The translations under genes and the position numbers were made by a program. Positions 13,283-27,148 of a DNA stretch of 48,432 nucleotides are shown one piece after another (positions within the stretch are counted from its first letter, which is position 1; each line of letters opens with the position of its first letter). This DNA is from Perkinsus olseni (Eukaryota), in contig JABANN010000238.1 of NCBI GenBank assembly GCA_013115125.1, positions 1 to 48,432 on the forward strand. Reading direction: 5' to 3'. The notes beneath the pieces were generated by a model. It saw only the letters and a list, made by a program, of their open reading frames with translations. It made no database searches and was not told the origin of the DNA.

Positions 13283-13581
13283 CAAGGCTGCGCTCACGAG
13301 TTCTGCTGTCCGCCAGCTCCAGTTTTGCCGCCAAACTTTTGCGGGTATTATGAATGTTACTTCTTCGCCTTGTCGGAAGGGACAGGCGCAGCAGCGCTTC
13401 GATTTTCGGGCGAGCGAGATTCTTATTACGTGCCGTGACTGGACTGGAATAGATCACGGCATAGGAGTTGCCGAGGGAGCTGCCAGATTTGTATGCAGGA
13501 ACTGGGAGCGAAATTTGAGTGTCCCCGCAGTGGAAACGTAGGCAACTCGAACCTCGCAGTTTACTCGTACGCTCCCATCCG

Positions 13582-14898
13582 ATGTTCTGGGCCGAAAAGA
13601 TCGTTCCTGGCAAGCCGACCGAGATCAGCTCCGAGGCGCTCGAAGGCGCCACTCTGGAGCTTCTCAGCGTCGTCCTTTCGGGCTCCCACCATAAGGCTCA
13701 GCTCCTAGTGTCCACTGATGGCGAGGAGAAGTTCATGGTGGCCCGTCTGAGCGATGCTCATCCGAACGTCCAGTTGGGCCTCGAGTTCGAAGAGGACGTG
13801 ACTTTCTACGCTGAGGGTAATAAGGCTGGCCGAAGGTCTGCTGTCGGAGGGACGGCTGTTCAGGCGGAGAGATCACGATCTCTGGTAACATCGTGCTTCC
13901 CGAGGGAATGGAGGAAGATGAGGAAGAGGAGGATAGCGATCTTGACGAGAATATCGAGGGTCCCATCCCTGTGGCCATGGTACTGGCGGAGTGCACTGGA
14001 GTTGTAGTTCTTAAAGGGGTTGGGCCTTAGGAATCCGAGGGCGAGGAGTCCGAAGATGAGGAGGAGGAAGAGGCGGGCAAGATCGAGGAGATCACTGAGA
14101 AGCCTATTGCTGGTACGTACACGAGCGGGTGGTCGGCTGGTTGGCGTATGCGTCTGACGAACGCGAGGACGAAGGTTCGGTCTAGATTTGAGAAATTCCT
14201 TATGCCCGTGCAGGCCCCAAGAAGACCGCTGTTGAGGAGACGAAGCCTCAGCAGAAGAGCCCCGCCAAAAAGACTGCTGAGAAGAAGCCCGAGGTGAAGG
14301 AGGTCAAGAAGACCATCGAAAAGAAGGAGGAGCCCAAGAAGCAGCCCGAGCAGAAAAAGCAACAACAGAAGGAGGAGCCTGTTGTACGCACTAAGACTTT
14401 GGCCGGTGGTCTCAAGTATGAGGTCATCCGTCCCGGTCATGGTGGCACTCCCTGCCCCGCCGGGAAGGTTGCCAAGGTGAGGATGATACAGGTCTCAGCG
14501 CAATAGGGATGCCCCTGTGGTAGGTGAAGTACGCTGGTCGCTTGGCGAAGAACGGAAAGCAGTTCGATAAGGGCTCCATCAACTTCCGTGTGGGAATGGG
14601 TGAAGTCATTAAGGGATGGGACATGTCCGTGAAGGGCATGCAGGTCGGCGAGGTGAGTTCGGGATTGTGTGGTAGAGGCAGCACGCATCCGCATGTTTTT
14701 CACAGGTCCGTAAGCTGTTCGTTCCTGCCCATCTCGCCTATGGCCGTGGTGGTGCTCCTCCCGCCATTCCCCCGAATGCCGATCTTGTCTTCGATATGGA
14801 GCTCCTCAACATCCAAGGTAGTTCTCTAGTGGCACTGAATCAGTCCTCTTCAAGCGCCCTTACTCTCAGGTGGTAAGAAGAAGGGTGGTCGCCGTTAA
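13582..14898 (+). CDS. Nuclear FKBP-type PPIase with N-terminal nucleoplasmin-like domain and acidic/basic linkers (Fpr3/Fpr4/FKBP39/FKBP53 type)
   Basis: N-terminus [12 protein letters not shown]...[14 protein letters not shown], acidic tracts and a Lys-rich linker. FKBP domain [67 protein letters not shown]. Stop at 14896-14898. Confidence 0.92.
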
Positions 14899-15382
14899 GT
14901 AGGATGGCTACTTTTGCTACGGCCAAACGTTAAAACTTCTGTTTCTAAACTCATCTGAGTGTTGCGTTCCAAGTTCATGGACCAGTGAATTCATCTTTTG
15001 CATCGCGACCTTGTACGAGTTTGGACCCGTTATGGTAGCCTCTGCGACGGTGACTCTGTCGAATGATGATTTATCGATGGTATCACGATCAGTGGCAGGG
15101 AGCCATTCGAGAACTGGTCTTTACACAGTCCGGTAATCGTGAGTGTGAACCTCGGTGGTCCTCCACTACCCCTATGTCTCATGTATGTATAAAAGATGCA
15201 TATGAAGCCATAGTGGCGGCTGAGGACAACTGACTTGCCAACTGGAAGAGGTCTCTCGTCCACCGGAGTGATCGGGCGGCGGGATATGTCGTTCTCGATG
15301 ATACTCCCGCATGTACTCGACATGAGCTCACCATTCAGAAACGATTGAAACGTTATCCACCAACATGGAATCCATCATCCCG

Positions 15383-18300
15383 TCAATTCTTTCCTTCTTT
15401 CCTCCGCTGCGACTTCCGCAGCCCAGGATCAAGCGTACTGATTGCAGAGGCATATGGAACACGAACGCTGGAAAGCCGTACTTTTTCCTTATAGCAAGTC
15501 TGTTTGGGGTAATCTCGACGCATTCGTCCTCCTCGATGAATCCGAGAGCCTCGTCCAGTGTGAAAGGTTTATGCGGCGGTAAAACCTCTTTTATTTCTTT
15601 GTTTTTCCGCCGTATCTCCTGCTCCCTCTTACCTGATTGACTGCACTGAAGACTGCAACGCACTTCAGCCTACCTCTCGTGGGGTTCATGTCAAGCTCCT
15701 GATCACCATTGTGAACTCCGATGATTTGGCCGATGTAAACTTGATCGTTCGGCTTCACGAATAGTGTACCTGGCATTCGCCTTAGAGAAGATCCCGCGAG
15801 TGATCGAGCCATAATCTTCACCTTTATGGGACATGTGAATGAGGTCGTGCTCTGTACAGACGCCCTGGCCGGCAGAGATAAGAACCTGATACGGCAAAGA
15901 TGACGACGGATCGTACCAGCACGGGGTACCTTGTCGCGACTAGACGGAATAGACTTCTGCCATTTCTTGAAGCCGACTAATGTGGACATCATCACTGCTT
16001 TGCCTTGCGACTTTTCGCGGACATAGGTTCTGAACCCCTGAGGAGTTCACGTCTAGCTCCACATGGTGTGTCTACTCTAGCCCGACTTACCATCAAATTC
16101 CTTGAGCTGATGACAGCCTTCAAAAGCGATTCATTACCCTTCTGTGGCAGCAGCTCAGAGAGCTCACCTCCCCGCGATGATAACTTGTCCGCGAAGATAC
16201 TAGCCAGCTCGTTCTCCGCGAGGATCACAACCTGACATTCTCGAACTCCGCTGGGGGACACAACCAGCCAACGATCAAAGCAAAAAAAAATTCAGATCAG
16301 GACCAAAAATTCAGGTCGGAGGTCGTCTAGGAGCTCATGATCCATCGGCAGAACGGGGATGAACCAGAGCACCGGGCGAAGATCCCGAGGGGCATTGAGA
16401 ACCTGGAGTCATCACTGCCTGATGCCTACCTCCTCGTAAGGCTCCTGCTTCTCCCCATCCACTACTCTTGTCACAACTGTCGGCTGACTCACAGTCATTT
16501 CAAAACCCTCGAAAAGAAACGCATGGTGAAGCATCAGACGCAACAGTAGTACTTCCCGGCGCATTTGCTCGGCTAATATCGAGAGCTGGAGCTCTCCTCG
16601 ACCCTTAACAATGAGACCGTCCTTCTCTGGTGTCCTCTCAGCCTAACAATGATAATCAGTTTCAGAGATACTATGCAAGCGCATGACTCTCTATTGATAT
16701 ATGAAGTATAATCTATATTGTTATGCAGACCGTACCATGAATACATAGTATGATGATTATGAGTAGCTATTTGAGGACTATGACAGTATCAAGCTCATTT
16801 GATCCTGCCGGGGCCCTTTAGGCCCTTCCCTCATCAGCGAGCTCGAATACAGTATGACCTTAATGGCCACGTTATTAGTGGTCTCTCGGACGAGTCTCTT
16901 CCACATCGCTTCAATGGTGAGGAATTTACCATCCTTTCCAGCCAATGGGCTAGTGTTCACAGACAACTTCAGCGACATAACCGGAGGATCTGACGGAGAC
17001 AGATAACTCATCTCAGATGCTATAGCTGCATTCTCGGGTCCTGCCAACATCTATCGTCCAGAATTACACTCTGATTTGCTCTCGATGAAATTGAAGAGCT
17101 GTCAAACCCTTACAGCACAACATGCCAGTTCGTCCGCCTTACCGATTGGGATGCTTGGGATAGGCTCAACGTCTTGAGCCGAGCATATGGTGTCCGCAAC
17201 AGAAGGTACGATATTGCCGCCGAGAGTGGCCGCCACGATATCGCCGGTCGAAGCAGACTTCACAATCTGAATACAGTAAGTAAATAATTTCATAAACACA
17301 TAATCCAGACGCACCCATAAAAACAGAGACCATTTGAAAGATTGGGGACTATTAACGATATCCAGTATACTGAAGTAGACCAAAACCTACTTCTCGGTTG
17401 AGCCCCTTCATGACAGTAAGCTCCCGAACCTTCTCTTTCCCGACTATGTTGCCATCAGAAGACTTGATGTAGACCTACTCAAACCTACACGATGCCACCT
17501 CATGACTGCTGAATATTACCAGGTCCCCCTTCTTGATACTGCCCGAGTAAATCTTGCCTGTGCTGGTCCAAGAAAGGTTCATAGTGGACGGGGGCTGAGA
17601 CGCGGCAATACGATGCTCAACCCAATCGGTCAACACAAATGCAGGAAAAACTCTTTCTGCTTCGTCGCGAAACGTCATGCAGAAAGGTGAGACGAAGGTA
17701 AGCCGTTTACCTTCTCGACAGTCGTTACAAGCATAGAAAACTTGTCACCGTTCTGTTCGGCACGCGTCTCGATCGGTGGCTTGATAAGGTCCACTATGGC
17801 GTCCAGTACGCAGTAACTGAGGGAGCAGGCAGTCCAGCACATCCAACGCTCAACCCTCCTCTCCCACCAGTTCCGCCTTCGGCTCTCATCCTTGATGTGA
17901 TCGTAGTCCGTTACCGCCCATCCGTCTCTCGCACTGGCGTATATAGTCTGATAATCCAGCTGCTGCTCTGTAGCGTTGAGGGAACAGAACAGATCGAATA
18001 TCTGCCAACGACGTACCCTCTCCTTCTCCATCGAAAGCTCGCCCCGTGAGACGATTCACGAACCACTACTCCGCTAATTGAGCACGCGGTCACACAGCTC
18101 AAATTCAAGTGTACAGCCGATCGGATGCATCGCTGATGAGCGATCGAGTATCTCTTTAGGGTTGGACAGACTGCCGCTCGGCTCACTTCGGTCTCTATCT
18201 GATCTTGACTCCGATCTGTCGTCCTATCAGCCTTATTGATGACGACCATGGGCTGGACATGCGGTAATGCCAATGCCTTTTGAAGAACGAACCTATTGAA

Positions 18301-19065
18301 GGAAGCATCAAGGTAGCCTTCCTCTACGGCGCCTGAACAATTTCCCGAGGCATCGTCGTCCAGTAACGAGATAATGGCCAGCACAGTACAACGAAGGCGA
18401 TCAACATGGTGAGAAGATCTCCACCTAGATTACTTCGTTTGTGTCCGTGGACCTTGAACGATATCCACAAGTAGCACGACACCGTCAACCATACTCATCA
18501 CCCGCTCAACCTCACCACCGAAGTCAGCATGACCCGGTGTATCAACAATGTTGAGGACATGACCTGAGTAAAGGCCTTTAGTTTTAATCTATCCCCAACA
18601 ACTGTTTCCACCCACCCTTCCACTCCAGCCTTGTGACCTTGGACAGGATAGTGATGCCTCGCTCCATCTCCAGCTCATTACAGTCCATCGAACCACTCAT
18701 CTTGTCGCCATCTGGTAGAACGCATGGCAGGGGATACGCGGGTCAATCACTCGGAAGATCACAGCGGTGTGACTATCTCAGTAGTCCGTGAAAGTATCGA
18801 CCGTTTAAAGTACCTTGCAAAGTCTGCCTCAACAGCGTATCCACCAAGGTAGTTTTGCCGTGATCGACATGTGCAATTATCGCTACATTTCGAATTTTGT
18901 CGAGCGGGACCTGACCAGAGCACTCGCGAAGTTCCGACGCATCGAGCAGCTCACTGCTTCTCCCGAAGAGAACCCCCGGGTCGCAGCTGATACACCAAGG
19001 AGGGGCCGTGCAATTGATCGAGAGACTGGCCAGACCCATCGGCTACCGGTCGCGAGGGCCATCAT
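15383..19065 (-). CDS. typA: Translational GTPase TypA/BipA with probable mitochondrial presequence, multi-exon
   Basis: [19 protein letters not shown] (G1), [35 protein letters not shown] (G3), INKADR (G4), [39 protein letters not shown], and C-terminal [26 protein letters not shown]. The N-terminus is Arg/Ser-rich with no acidic residues and ends RGFSS. Confidence 0.93.
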
Positions 19066-19512
19066 CGAAGAAAAAACCGTAAAGGACAACTTTGTTTTGA
19101 CCCCACTTCTTCAACACTACCGATATCCTGGATCGGTCGACCCTGGTACACGACAAATTCCACTAAAAGTCTACTCGCCGCCGAGCGCCAAACCTGTACG
19201 AGATACCAGGTTGACTAAGGTACGCACTTTCCAGCCCAGTCCGTCCTGTAAAGCCCCTGAGTAGAGCGCTGACCACGACCCTTTTATTAACACTGCGGAC
19301 ACGACACTAAGAGGATTGAAACCTTCTCCTCAACTGCAGGCGAGACTTGAATCGGCGCCGGTGGCCACCGTATGTTGTCATCTAGTAGCAAGTAGCGGTG
19401 GTCGTAATGCAATTATAATAGAGCCATCTAACTTAGACACCGTCAGAAGAGCATGTTCTGATAAAATACAGTAGCTGCTAAAGCCAATGGTCATAGACCA
19501 TAGACATCAGAT

Positions 19513-20472
19513 CTACTGCATCTTAATACTACCCTTGCTGCTGGAGGCGAGGAAGTCGGACCACTGCTGCATGGGGCTCTGGGCGGGCAGCTGCTCCATC
19601 CAGAGATCAGGAGTCAGATAACCGTAAGTGGCCTGGAGAGCGTTGAAGGTAGCCTTAAGGAAGTTACCCTTAGTTCTGGTGTGACCAGTACTGCAGGTGA
19701 AGCAATCCTTAATACCGGCGAAGGAGATGAGCTTCTTGGAAGCGGGAGCACCGACGATATGGGTACCACGAGGGGCGGGGATAAGACGGACAGCAACGGA
19801 ACCGCACTTGCCAGTGACCTTCATGGGCACGGTATGGGGCTCACCGAGCTTGTTACCCCAGTAGCCACGACGGACAGGGATGAGAGAGAGCTTGGCGGCC
19901 ATGATAGCACCACGGATGGCGGTGGCGACCTCCTTAGCGGCCTTAACACCGAGACCGACGTGACCGTTCTCATCACCGATGGCGACGAAGGCCTTGAAAC
20001 GAGTACGCTGACCGGCAGTGGTCTGCTTCTGGACAGGCATGATCTTCATGACCTACAAAGAGAGAGACAGTAGGAATAAATACTGATAATGAGGCAGCTA
20101 GCATTACCTCCTCCTTAAGGACGCCAGGGGCGAAGAGCATGTCAACGATCTGGTACTCCTTGATGGGAAGAGAGTGAAGATAGACCTCCTCAATAGAGGT
20201 GATCTTGTTCTCTTTTACTAAACGGCCGAGCTTGGTGTAGGGGACCCACTCCTTCTCGCCTCCCTTTCCCTTGCGGCCCTTGCCCTTTCCTCCCTTTCCC
20301 TTGCCCTTGCCCTTTCCCTTGCCCTTGCCGCCGAAACCAGTGCCGAATCCACCGCGATCTAAAAACAACAATAAATGAGACACTCAGCCATAACGCCAAG
20401 ACCACGGCAGACGTAAAGAAGCCCTCCGACGATCGCTAGAGCGGCGTCTCTCCCTAGATTATTACCTGCCAT
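19513..20472 (-). CDS. RPS2: 40S ribosomal protein S2 (uS5)
   Basis: GK-rich N-terminus, [62 protein letters not shown]. The first coding exon is a 7-nt ATGGCAG. Confidence 0.97.
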
Positions 20473-20526
20473 GAGTTAAGGTTTATGATGGAATTATACC
20501 TCCTCCAGGGCCGGCGCGCGCCTATT

Positions 20527-20544
20527 ATCGATCACGTGATCGAT
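20527..20544. promoter_or_regulatory. Perfect 18-bp palindrome centred on CACGTG, upstream of RPS2
   Basis: ATCGATCACGTGATCGAT, 55 bp 5' of the RPS2 ATG. A regulatory role is inferred only from its position. Confidence 0.4.
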
Positions 20545-20778
20545 TTCACACAGCGGCTCTGGCCGATCAGCGCACTTAGCGCATTGCGATGACGCTGCTT
20601 GCACAGATCAGTAGTTCACCATTTCGTAGCCGCCGTAATGGATCAAACCATCCAGCCGAGTTATTAAGCTTTGATGTGCGAGCTGGTATGCCCCGAAAAG
20701 CTTCAAGTAACTAGAGCCTGGTTCAATCCCCACTCCCGGGGTTTCTCCCACGCACTAACAACTAAACAAACAGCTCAC

Positions 20779-23333
20779 TCATAACTCGTCTCGATGGTTA
20801 CTTTCCGAAACACCAATAGTGATAAAGTTGGCCTCCACCCACTGCAGGACTTTTGTCATGTTAGTCGTGTCATACATGGGGTAGCTGGTGAGGACCTTAC
20901 CCTCCGTCGCGAAGAAGCTCGGATATCCTTCGCTGTGCGCACTCAAGATACTCGGGACGTCGTTGTTGGCTGCATCCATCATGAACAGCCGTACAGCATT
21001 AGATGCAGCGAGGGCCTCAGCAAGAGGGCGCAGGACATGCCAGATAAAGGTAATGCAATGGACGCACCAAGGAGCGTAGAGCAGCAGGAGGTGTAGCTTG
21101 GTCGGGGCCGAAGGGGTCGCCATGAATTCTGATATCGACCCGCCCGTCAGGGCTTCTATCATTGGATGTATCTGATGCAGAGATGATAAACGTCAAGTTG
21201 AATTGATCATTGACCGGCAGGTCCTGTCAGGGGAGCTTCACACCTCTTTCGCCGCTTCTCCGGCTTCCTCGGCCGTTTGGCTGACTCGCAAGGGAGGGAC
21301 TTCTTCACGAACAACGGCAACGACGAAGTCTGCGACAGCGTCCGTTAAAGAGCCGTCCTCGGTGAGCATAGACTCGTGCTTGGTGTCGGTGAAGGGATCA
21401 TACGACAGGACCTGAGGAGCACTTCCAAGGGCAGCGGATGGAGTCGCGAACTGTGATGGCGGACCTGAGTTGGCCCAGATGTGGTACTAAGCCCATACCA
21501 CTGGTTGAACATAACTTGAACGCCGTGGAAGAGCTCCCATGCCTCCGAGACCTGACCAGGGGGCATCTTCGAAGACAACATGAACACTACCGGTCTTACT
21601 GGTGATAGCTGATCGGTTTCATTGTTGACTCGCCAGAGGCCAACCTCGGAGCTGGCGACTCTAGGCACTATCACTGTGAGTATGTCGGAGACCCCCTCGA
21701 TTTCGAAATCTGAAATGCCTTCGCTGTGGATGGAACCCAAGACCTGACCCACCCGTCGACAGTCGCTTCCATAACGACTCGCGCAATTCATCCCGAGCAT
21801 ACGCAATCTCCTGTATCTCAGGGACCCATTCGTCCCATATGCTTATCGAGGACAGCCCTTCAGAAGCAGGGTCGAATTTTCTCAGACTCTCTCGCGCAGA
21901 CTCAACATCAACCGCGACGAGTAAAAACACGACCAAGGGGAACCCTCCCGAGACATAACGATGGACGCGCTGTGGATCAAACACTGTGACCTGACGCTGA
22001 GCTGGTCGAGAGCAGCGCTAGGAGGAGCGCTCACTCTCTCCAAGGTATGACGGTCCAAGAACAACCTCCCAGCCATCTTGACGTCCTCGAGCTCATCATC
22101 AGGACGCACTGTCGGGAACTGTACCACGAGCCCGCTAGATGTGCAGAAGAGTGCTTCGTCTTCTGTGGTCCGGTTCGAATCCAGAGCATAGTAGACGCGA
22201 GTGTCGGCGTAATCTACAGGGAAGGGGAGAGGCTGAGCCGCGGTGTTGAGCGATACTGCACACTCACCTCCTAGGTCGTTTACCATGTTCCAAAGGGTAC
22301 CCGTCTGCTCCTTCAGAACAGCGATCACCCCAACTGGGGGGTCAAGGCGGTCCTCGGCGCAGAAGGACCCCTCAGTAGGAGGGGAGGGCTCCAATTGAAT
22401 GGGACTGTGGGAGATCGTGAAGATCAACCAGGGGTGGATGAACTCTGGCGTTCTGAAGTTGAGGTTGAACCTGCGCTGGAGGGATCGAAATGACGGCACT
22501 GGGTATCGAACTCTGGGCCTACACATGTTTGTAACCACGAACGTAGAAGTGAATGGCAGGATAGTCATCGACGTCCTCCTGCTGCAGAACTGCTTCATTC
22601 ACTTTTTGACTACCATCCGCTCTCAGAAGGACCAGAGGATTATCAGGCTCGTCTAAAGCGTCCTGAACGACGATCGTATCCCAGCTGAGCAGCGCTACCC
22701 CCCAAAAAGAGGTCCAGCGCTACGGTGCTCGCTCAGAGGACAGAGTTCACCCTCTTCGAATGGGGAATCCCGAAATCGCAGAGTACACGGTCTTTGAGAA
22801 TCCTATCCGTCCCTGTTGGGAGTTACTGTTGTTGGGTTTTACAGTGTACACCAAAGCCACGACCCGATGTCTTCAAAAGCCGTGGAAAGGGTAATAAGTC
22901 TCACCAGATCGTCAGAGTCTGTTCCTTCATACATAGGAGTAAGATCCGGCGGCAACATCCTCGCTGCATCTCGGACCTGCACTGAAGATTCCACCGTCCC
23001 AATTGAAACCCCGGAATCCAAAGCATCGATCGGGCTTCAGTGTGCAATTGAGTGCGTAAATCTATTCGATCCGGGCCTCAGAATATCTCAGTCTGCGATA
23101 GAGGATTCCCATGTGAACTGCGGCTTTGAAGACAATACGTCAAACGAGTCTCTGGCACTCACCGCTCGTGCAGCCATGGTGCAGATATTACCGCACCATT
23201 TCGAGCCGAAAAGTGCAAGGACGAAGTCATTGCTACGGAGCACGGCATCGAATTCACCCAAGCCCTTCGCTTTCAGGAATCCCGTCGCGTTGGCTTCCAG
23301 TGAGAAAAGGAGGAGGAGAGGGGACAAATACAT
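20779..23333 (-). CDS. ER-resident thioredoxin/PDI-like protein, multi-exon
   Basis: Signal peptide MYLSPLLLLFSLEANA. First Trx-like domain VLALFGSKWCGNIC...IYALNC. Last Trx domain LLYAPWCVHC...MDAANND...EGYPSF. C-terminal RDEL retention signal. Confidence 0.85.
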
Positions 23334-23431
23334 ACGGTACAAGACAAAAACTAAATTTAGCACTCCACCGGTGAATGCCAAGAAACAATCAGTCGTGGGT
23401 CTACATACAGTAACGTGACTGTGATAGGCGG

Positions 23432-23462
23432 GTCGCTGCCAGCAACGCCAGCGACTCGCTGG
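23432..23462. mobile_element. Compound 7+8+7-like footprint (8-mer GTCGCTGG) with duplicated middle segment
   Basis: gtcgctg-ccagcaac-g-ccagcgac-tcgctgg. Confidence 0.45.
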
Positions 23463-24592
23463 CATGCTGACCGGAGTTATCCATACCGTACTCATATCGT
23501 CACTGATCATACCGCCTGATTTCACTGTATTCAGCACGTTGACGGCGCTCAGTGTGATGAGCCCGAAGGGTGGACACTCGAGAATTTGCGATCTCAATTC
23601 ACCATGCAGAAGCACTACGTACTGTGCTCTGTACATAGGATGCTGCGCTAACGCTTCGGTTGGGTTCGAATGAGGGTGAGATGCAAGAGTATTGTAGATA
23701 AGGGAGAGTATACGACAGAGGAGTGGATATGCAAGGCAGTACAACACAAGCATTTCGGATAAAGTTTTGACGAGTCATAATAATACTCGGCAAACCTTCG
23801 CATACAGTGCATCTCACTAACTTTCCGGTATTCTAAGAATCCTACTTAGGATCCCCGCTCTGATGAAGCTGATGAGCAGGCCGACTGCGCGGCATCCATG
23901 TGGGATATCCTGCACTTGGCGAATAATTTCGTGCGCGCTCCCCGGATACTCCCTACTTGTGAACGCGCGAACGTGTAAAGCCGGATGCTACTATGCTGTA
24001 GATGCAAGACACGCGGTGCATCAATTTGACGACAACAGGCCGAGCCTGAAGGAGAACCCGTGCACCACTATGTCATACGAGGACGGTATCAACAGACCCA
24101 ACGAAATCCCTGATAAGCATCATGTGAGCTCCCCATATCCGGCTCTTGGTGTGAAGCGTTCTGGAAGCTTCTCAGGAAAAGGTCTTAATTCACTACGACT
24201 CATAGTAAATGTGTTGTAGTGTTCAAAACATTTACAACGCAGCCAACAATAATATCTTGTGTCGAACCTCCCCACGACCACGACTAATGAGCAACGATGG
24301 CCACAGAACAGTCTTGTCCCAAATTGGGAACTCCCAATCAAAATGCATGATTGTCGAACAAGACGCTGGAGACGAGCGCCGTTTCCACTGAGCTACGTCG
24401 AGTTCATGCACCATCACCCTCTCTTCCTGCCCAGGGAGAAGAAAGTTCATAGTGCCACATCGCGGAGGAGTCCCACCGTTCTGCCGCCATTTTTGGGCGC
24501 GCGCTTTTTTCAGCGCAACTTCGTTGGCCGCGTGCGCGTCAACGATCGCTCGACCGGTTTCCCGCTACTCGCGTCTGGCAGCCAATACTTTC

Positions 24593-27148
24593 ATGATACT
24601 ACTATTTCGAACTGTCTTTATTTCGACGGCGCTCGTCAAAGCACTTGAAGCCGCTGAACTTGGAGCGCCTGATTCTGATGCCGAACTTGTCAAGGACGAT
24701 TTACCAGAACGAAAGGTGGACGAGCCCGGGGATATTCTCGAGACCTCGAACGAAAAACCCAAATCAACGAAGACCGAGAAGATGGAGGTGGGCTTTCATA
24801 AGTTCAAGGCATATCTTTAGGTCAACTTGGTGATCGAACCACGTGCATGCGTGTTAGTGGATTTCTGTTGCAGGACCTCTCCGACGACCTTCCCGAGATG
24901 GAAGCCAAGGGAGCTGACTTCAGTGCCATGACCGGGCCCGCTCCAAAGCCAGTACAACCTAAGAAACGCGAGCCTAGGTTCAAGATACGGGCATACAAGA
25001 TCGACACGAAGAAGTAGCACGGGGTGATGCTCCCCTATGCTGGTCGTGAAGGAACCTCTCAGAGTCACCGCCTCCTTCCGAAAGCCGACCTGTTCGGGCG
25101 CTGTCCCTGTCAAGGCGGAAGCTTCAAAGGTCCTCAGCGATCCCGGCCCAGCGTAAGCTCCACTCGGCTGCGACCAATTGGGGCAAGCTTGCGGCTGTTA
25201 GATTCGAGGAGCTCAATGAAGAAGCCAATGGAAAAACTGATCAGTCTCCTGAGGCAGCGAAGGCAGAGAAGGAACTGGATGTGAGGGGGAACTGGAACTG
25301 TAGTTGCCAAACCTGGGGATCGATCTCGGGACCATTCGCATGAGAGTATCGAAACCTAGATTCGCGTGTATCAATGTGGGACTGTATATATCGTATACCG
25401 TAGTGTATACGATTGATGGAGAGAGTACTATCCAGTCCGCGGTTGATACCGCTTGGGAGTGTTGGCCTATTTACCTCTTCTTCTTCGTCTTGAGTCGAAG
25501 GCCGTCTCCAGCAATGTTCAAGGCCCTTCTGTAGGATGTGTGTGTGCGGCTTAGGAAAACCCAGCTATGAAGGAGGCTAAGAAGATAGCCGAGAATCCTG
25601 TGGAGGAGGACGCCGTAGTGAATCAAATTGAAGCTTCAGGAGTGGGTTGTTTTCCCTGGCTCACGGATCGTGGATCCTCGCTCGGTCGCAGGTTTCTACG
25701 CCCGAGCCTGCTGAGCCGGTGCCGACCGAAGCTCCTGAGGAAGAGGCCGCCGACAAGAAGCCCCCGGAGGTAGTCTGGTCCCCGGTGTTCACCCAAGTCG
25801 ATGGAATACGAGTATAGACCTTGCGGTCTTGGAGCGCTGAGTTCTGCGCACCGCTCAGCTTGTTTAACCGGGGTTTAGTGAACAATTTGATACTGGCCCT
25901 CCATCAACATCATTAGCAGATATTGTCGTTGAGAGCTAGCGGGCTTACTCGCCATGGTGAGAATGCTTCCTCTTCTCCACGACGCCTCGTTTATCCAAAC
26001 CTGTCACGGTGTTGCATCTCCTGTCGTTACTCAGCCCGTCAAGATAGACGTCAACCGTGAAAGTGGTGGAGAGATATATAGCGCGGTAAGTGCCTGGTCT
26101 TGGGATCGAACCTGAGACCTCTTAAAAGTTATCTGGCAGGCCCTTGATCATGCCGTGAAGGCCAAGATGGGTATCAAGCCTCGAGATAAGTTCGATATGG
26201 AGGCGCACAGGCAGAAGCTGGTGAAACGCGTAGAGGATATCAGAGAAGGTCACCAGAAAGAGTGAGTATCGATCTAGGGCTGCATCGCTCTACTTGATCT
26301 GCAGGCATGCTAAGCAAGTCGAAGAAGCTGCCAAATCTGAAGACAATTCGGCCGACTCTCAGTCTTTCATAGAGCAAGCGGACTGCCCTGGAGGAAACTG
26401 CCCGGAGGAAGCTGCGGCACCGACTGCAGGTGGCGACGAGCAGGCAATCGGTGAAGAAAACAAGGAGCCGGTAGGAGGGCTGGGCTCTGGGGCTCGAGGG
26501 CAAGTTTCACCGCATGAAGTTTAGTGCTGTCGTGATTATACATCTCCTCAGCCCTGTGAAGAAGGCTACGACTCGTCGTCTCGAAAGAAGTACAAACCCT
26601 GCCCATATAAGCCTGTCTGGGATGATCCTACAGCCGATAAAATGAAGATTGAACGCGCATTAAAAGGGTAAGCGTCGATCTGAGTGGTCGTGACGTATCG
26701 GCATGCAGACGCACGGCTTCGGCTGTGAGACATAGAGTGTACCACGATTCTGTGGGTAGCCCTCTAGTAGAGAGCACGACCGAGTCTCTTCCTCTCCGGA
26801 AGGCCATTGCTCACCTTATGCTCCGATATCTGAGCCTTCGGCATGGATTTCCCGTGAACTCGGTTGTCAAACAGATCTCTCCAGCCTTGGTTTCCTCTAC
26901 CGCTTGGGAGATCACTAGTGCCGGAATGGTCTTGTTCGTGAAGGTCCACCGCTGGGGCAGTCCCTAAGGCGGATGGGTCGACCGCACCCACAGAGGATAC
27001 AACAGCGGGAGAATCCAAGGCTTTGATGGAGGGCGGCTCGGCGCCACTCAAGACGTACATCAGTTGGGTTTGGCAACATCGAGGCACTTTTTGAAAGCTC
27101 AGGTCATTCCTCCATCGATCAGGCAGATCCCTACAAGTATGGTCATGA
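24593..27148 (+). CDS. Secreted acidic, low-complexity hypothetical protein A, multi-exon
   Basis: Signal peptide MILLFRTVFISTALVKA and E/P/A/K-rich exons bounded by GT-AG. Shares a motif with the downstream gene. The 3' end is approximate. Confidence 0.7.
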
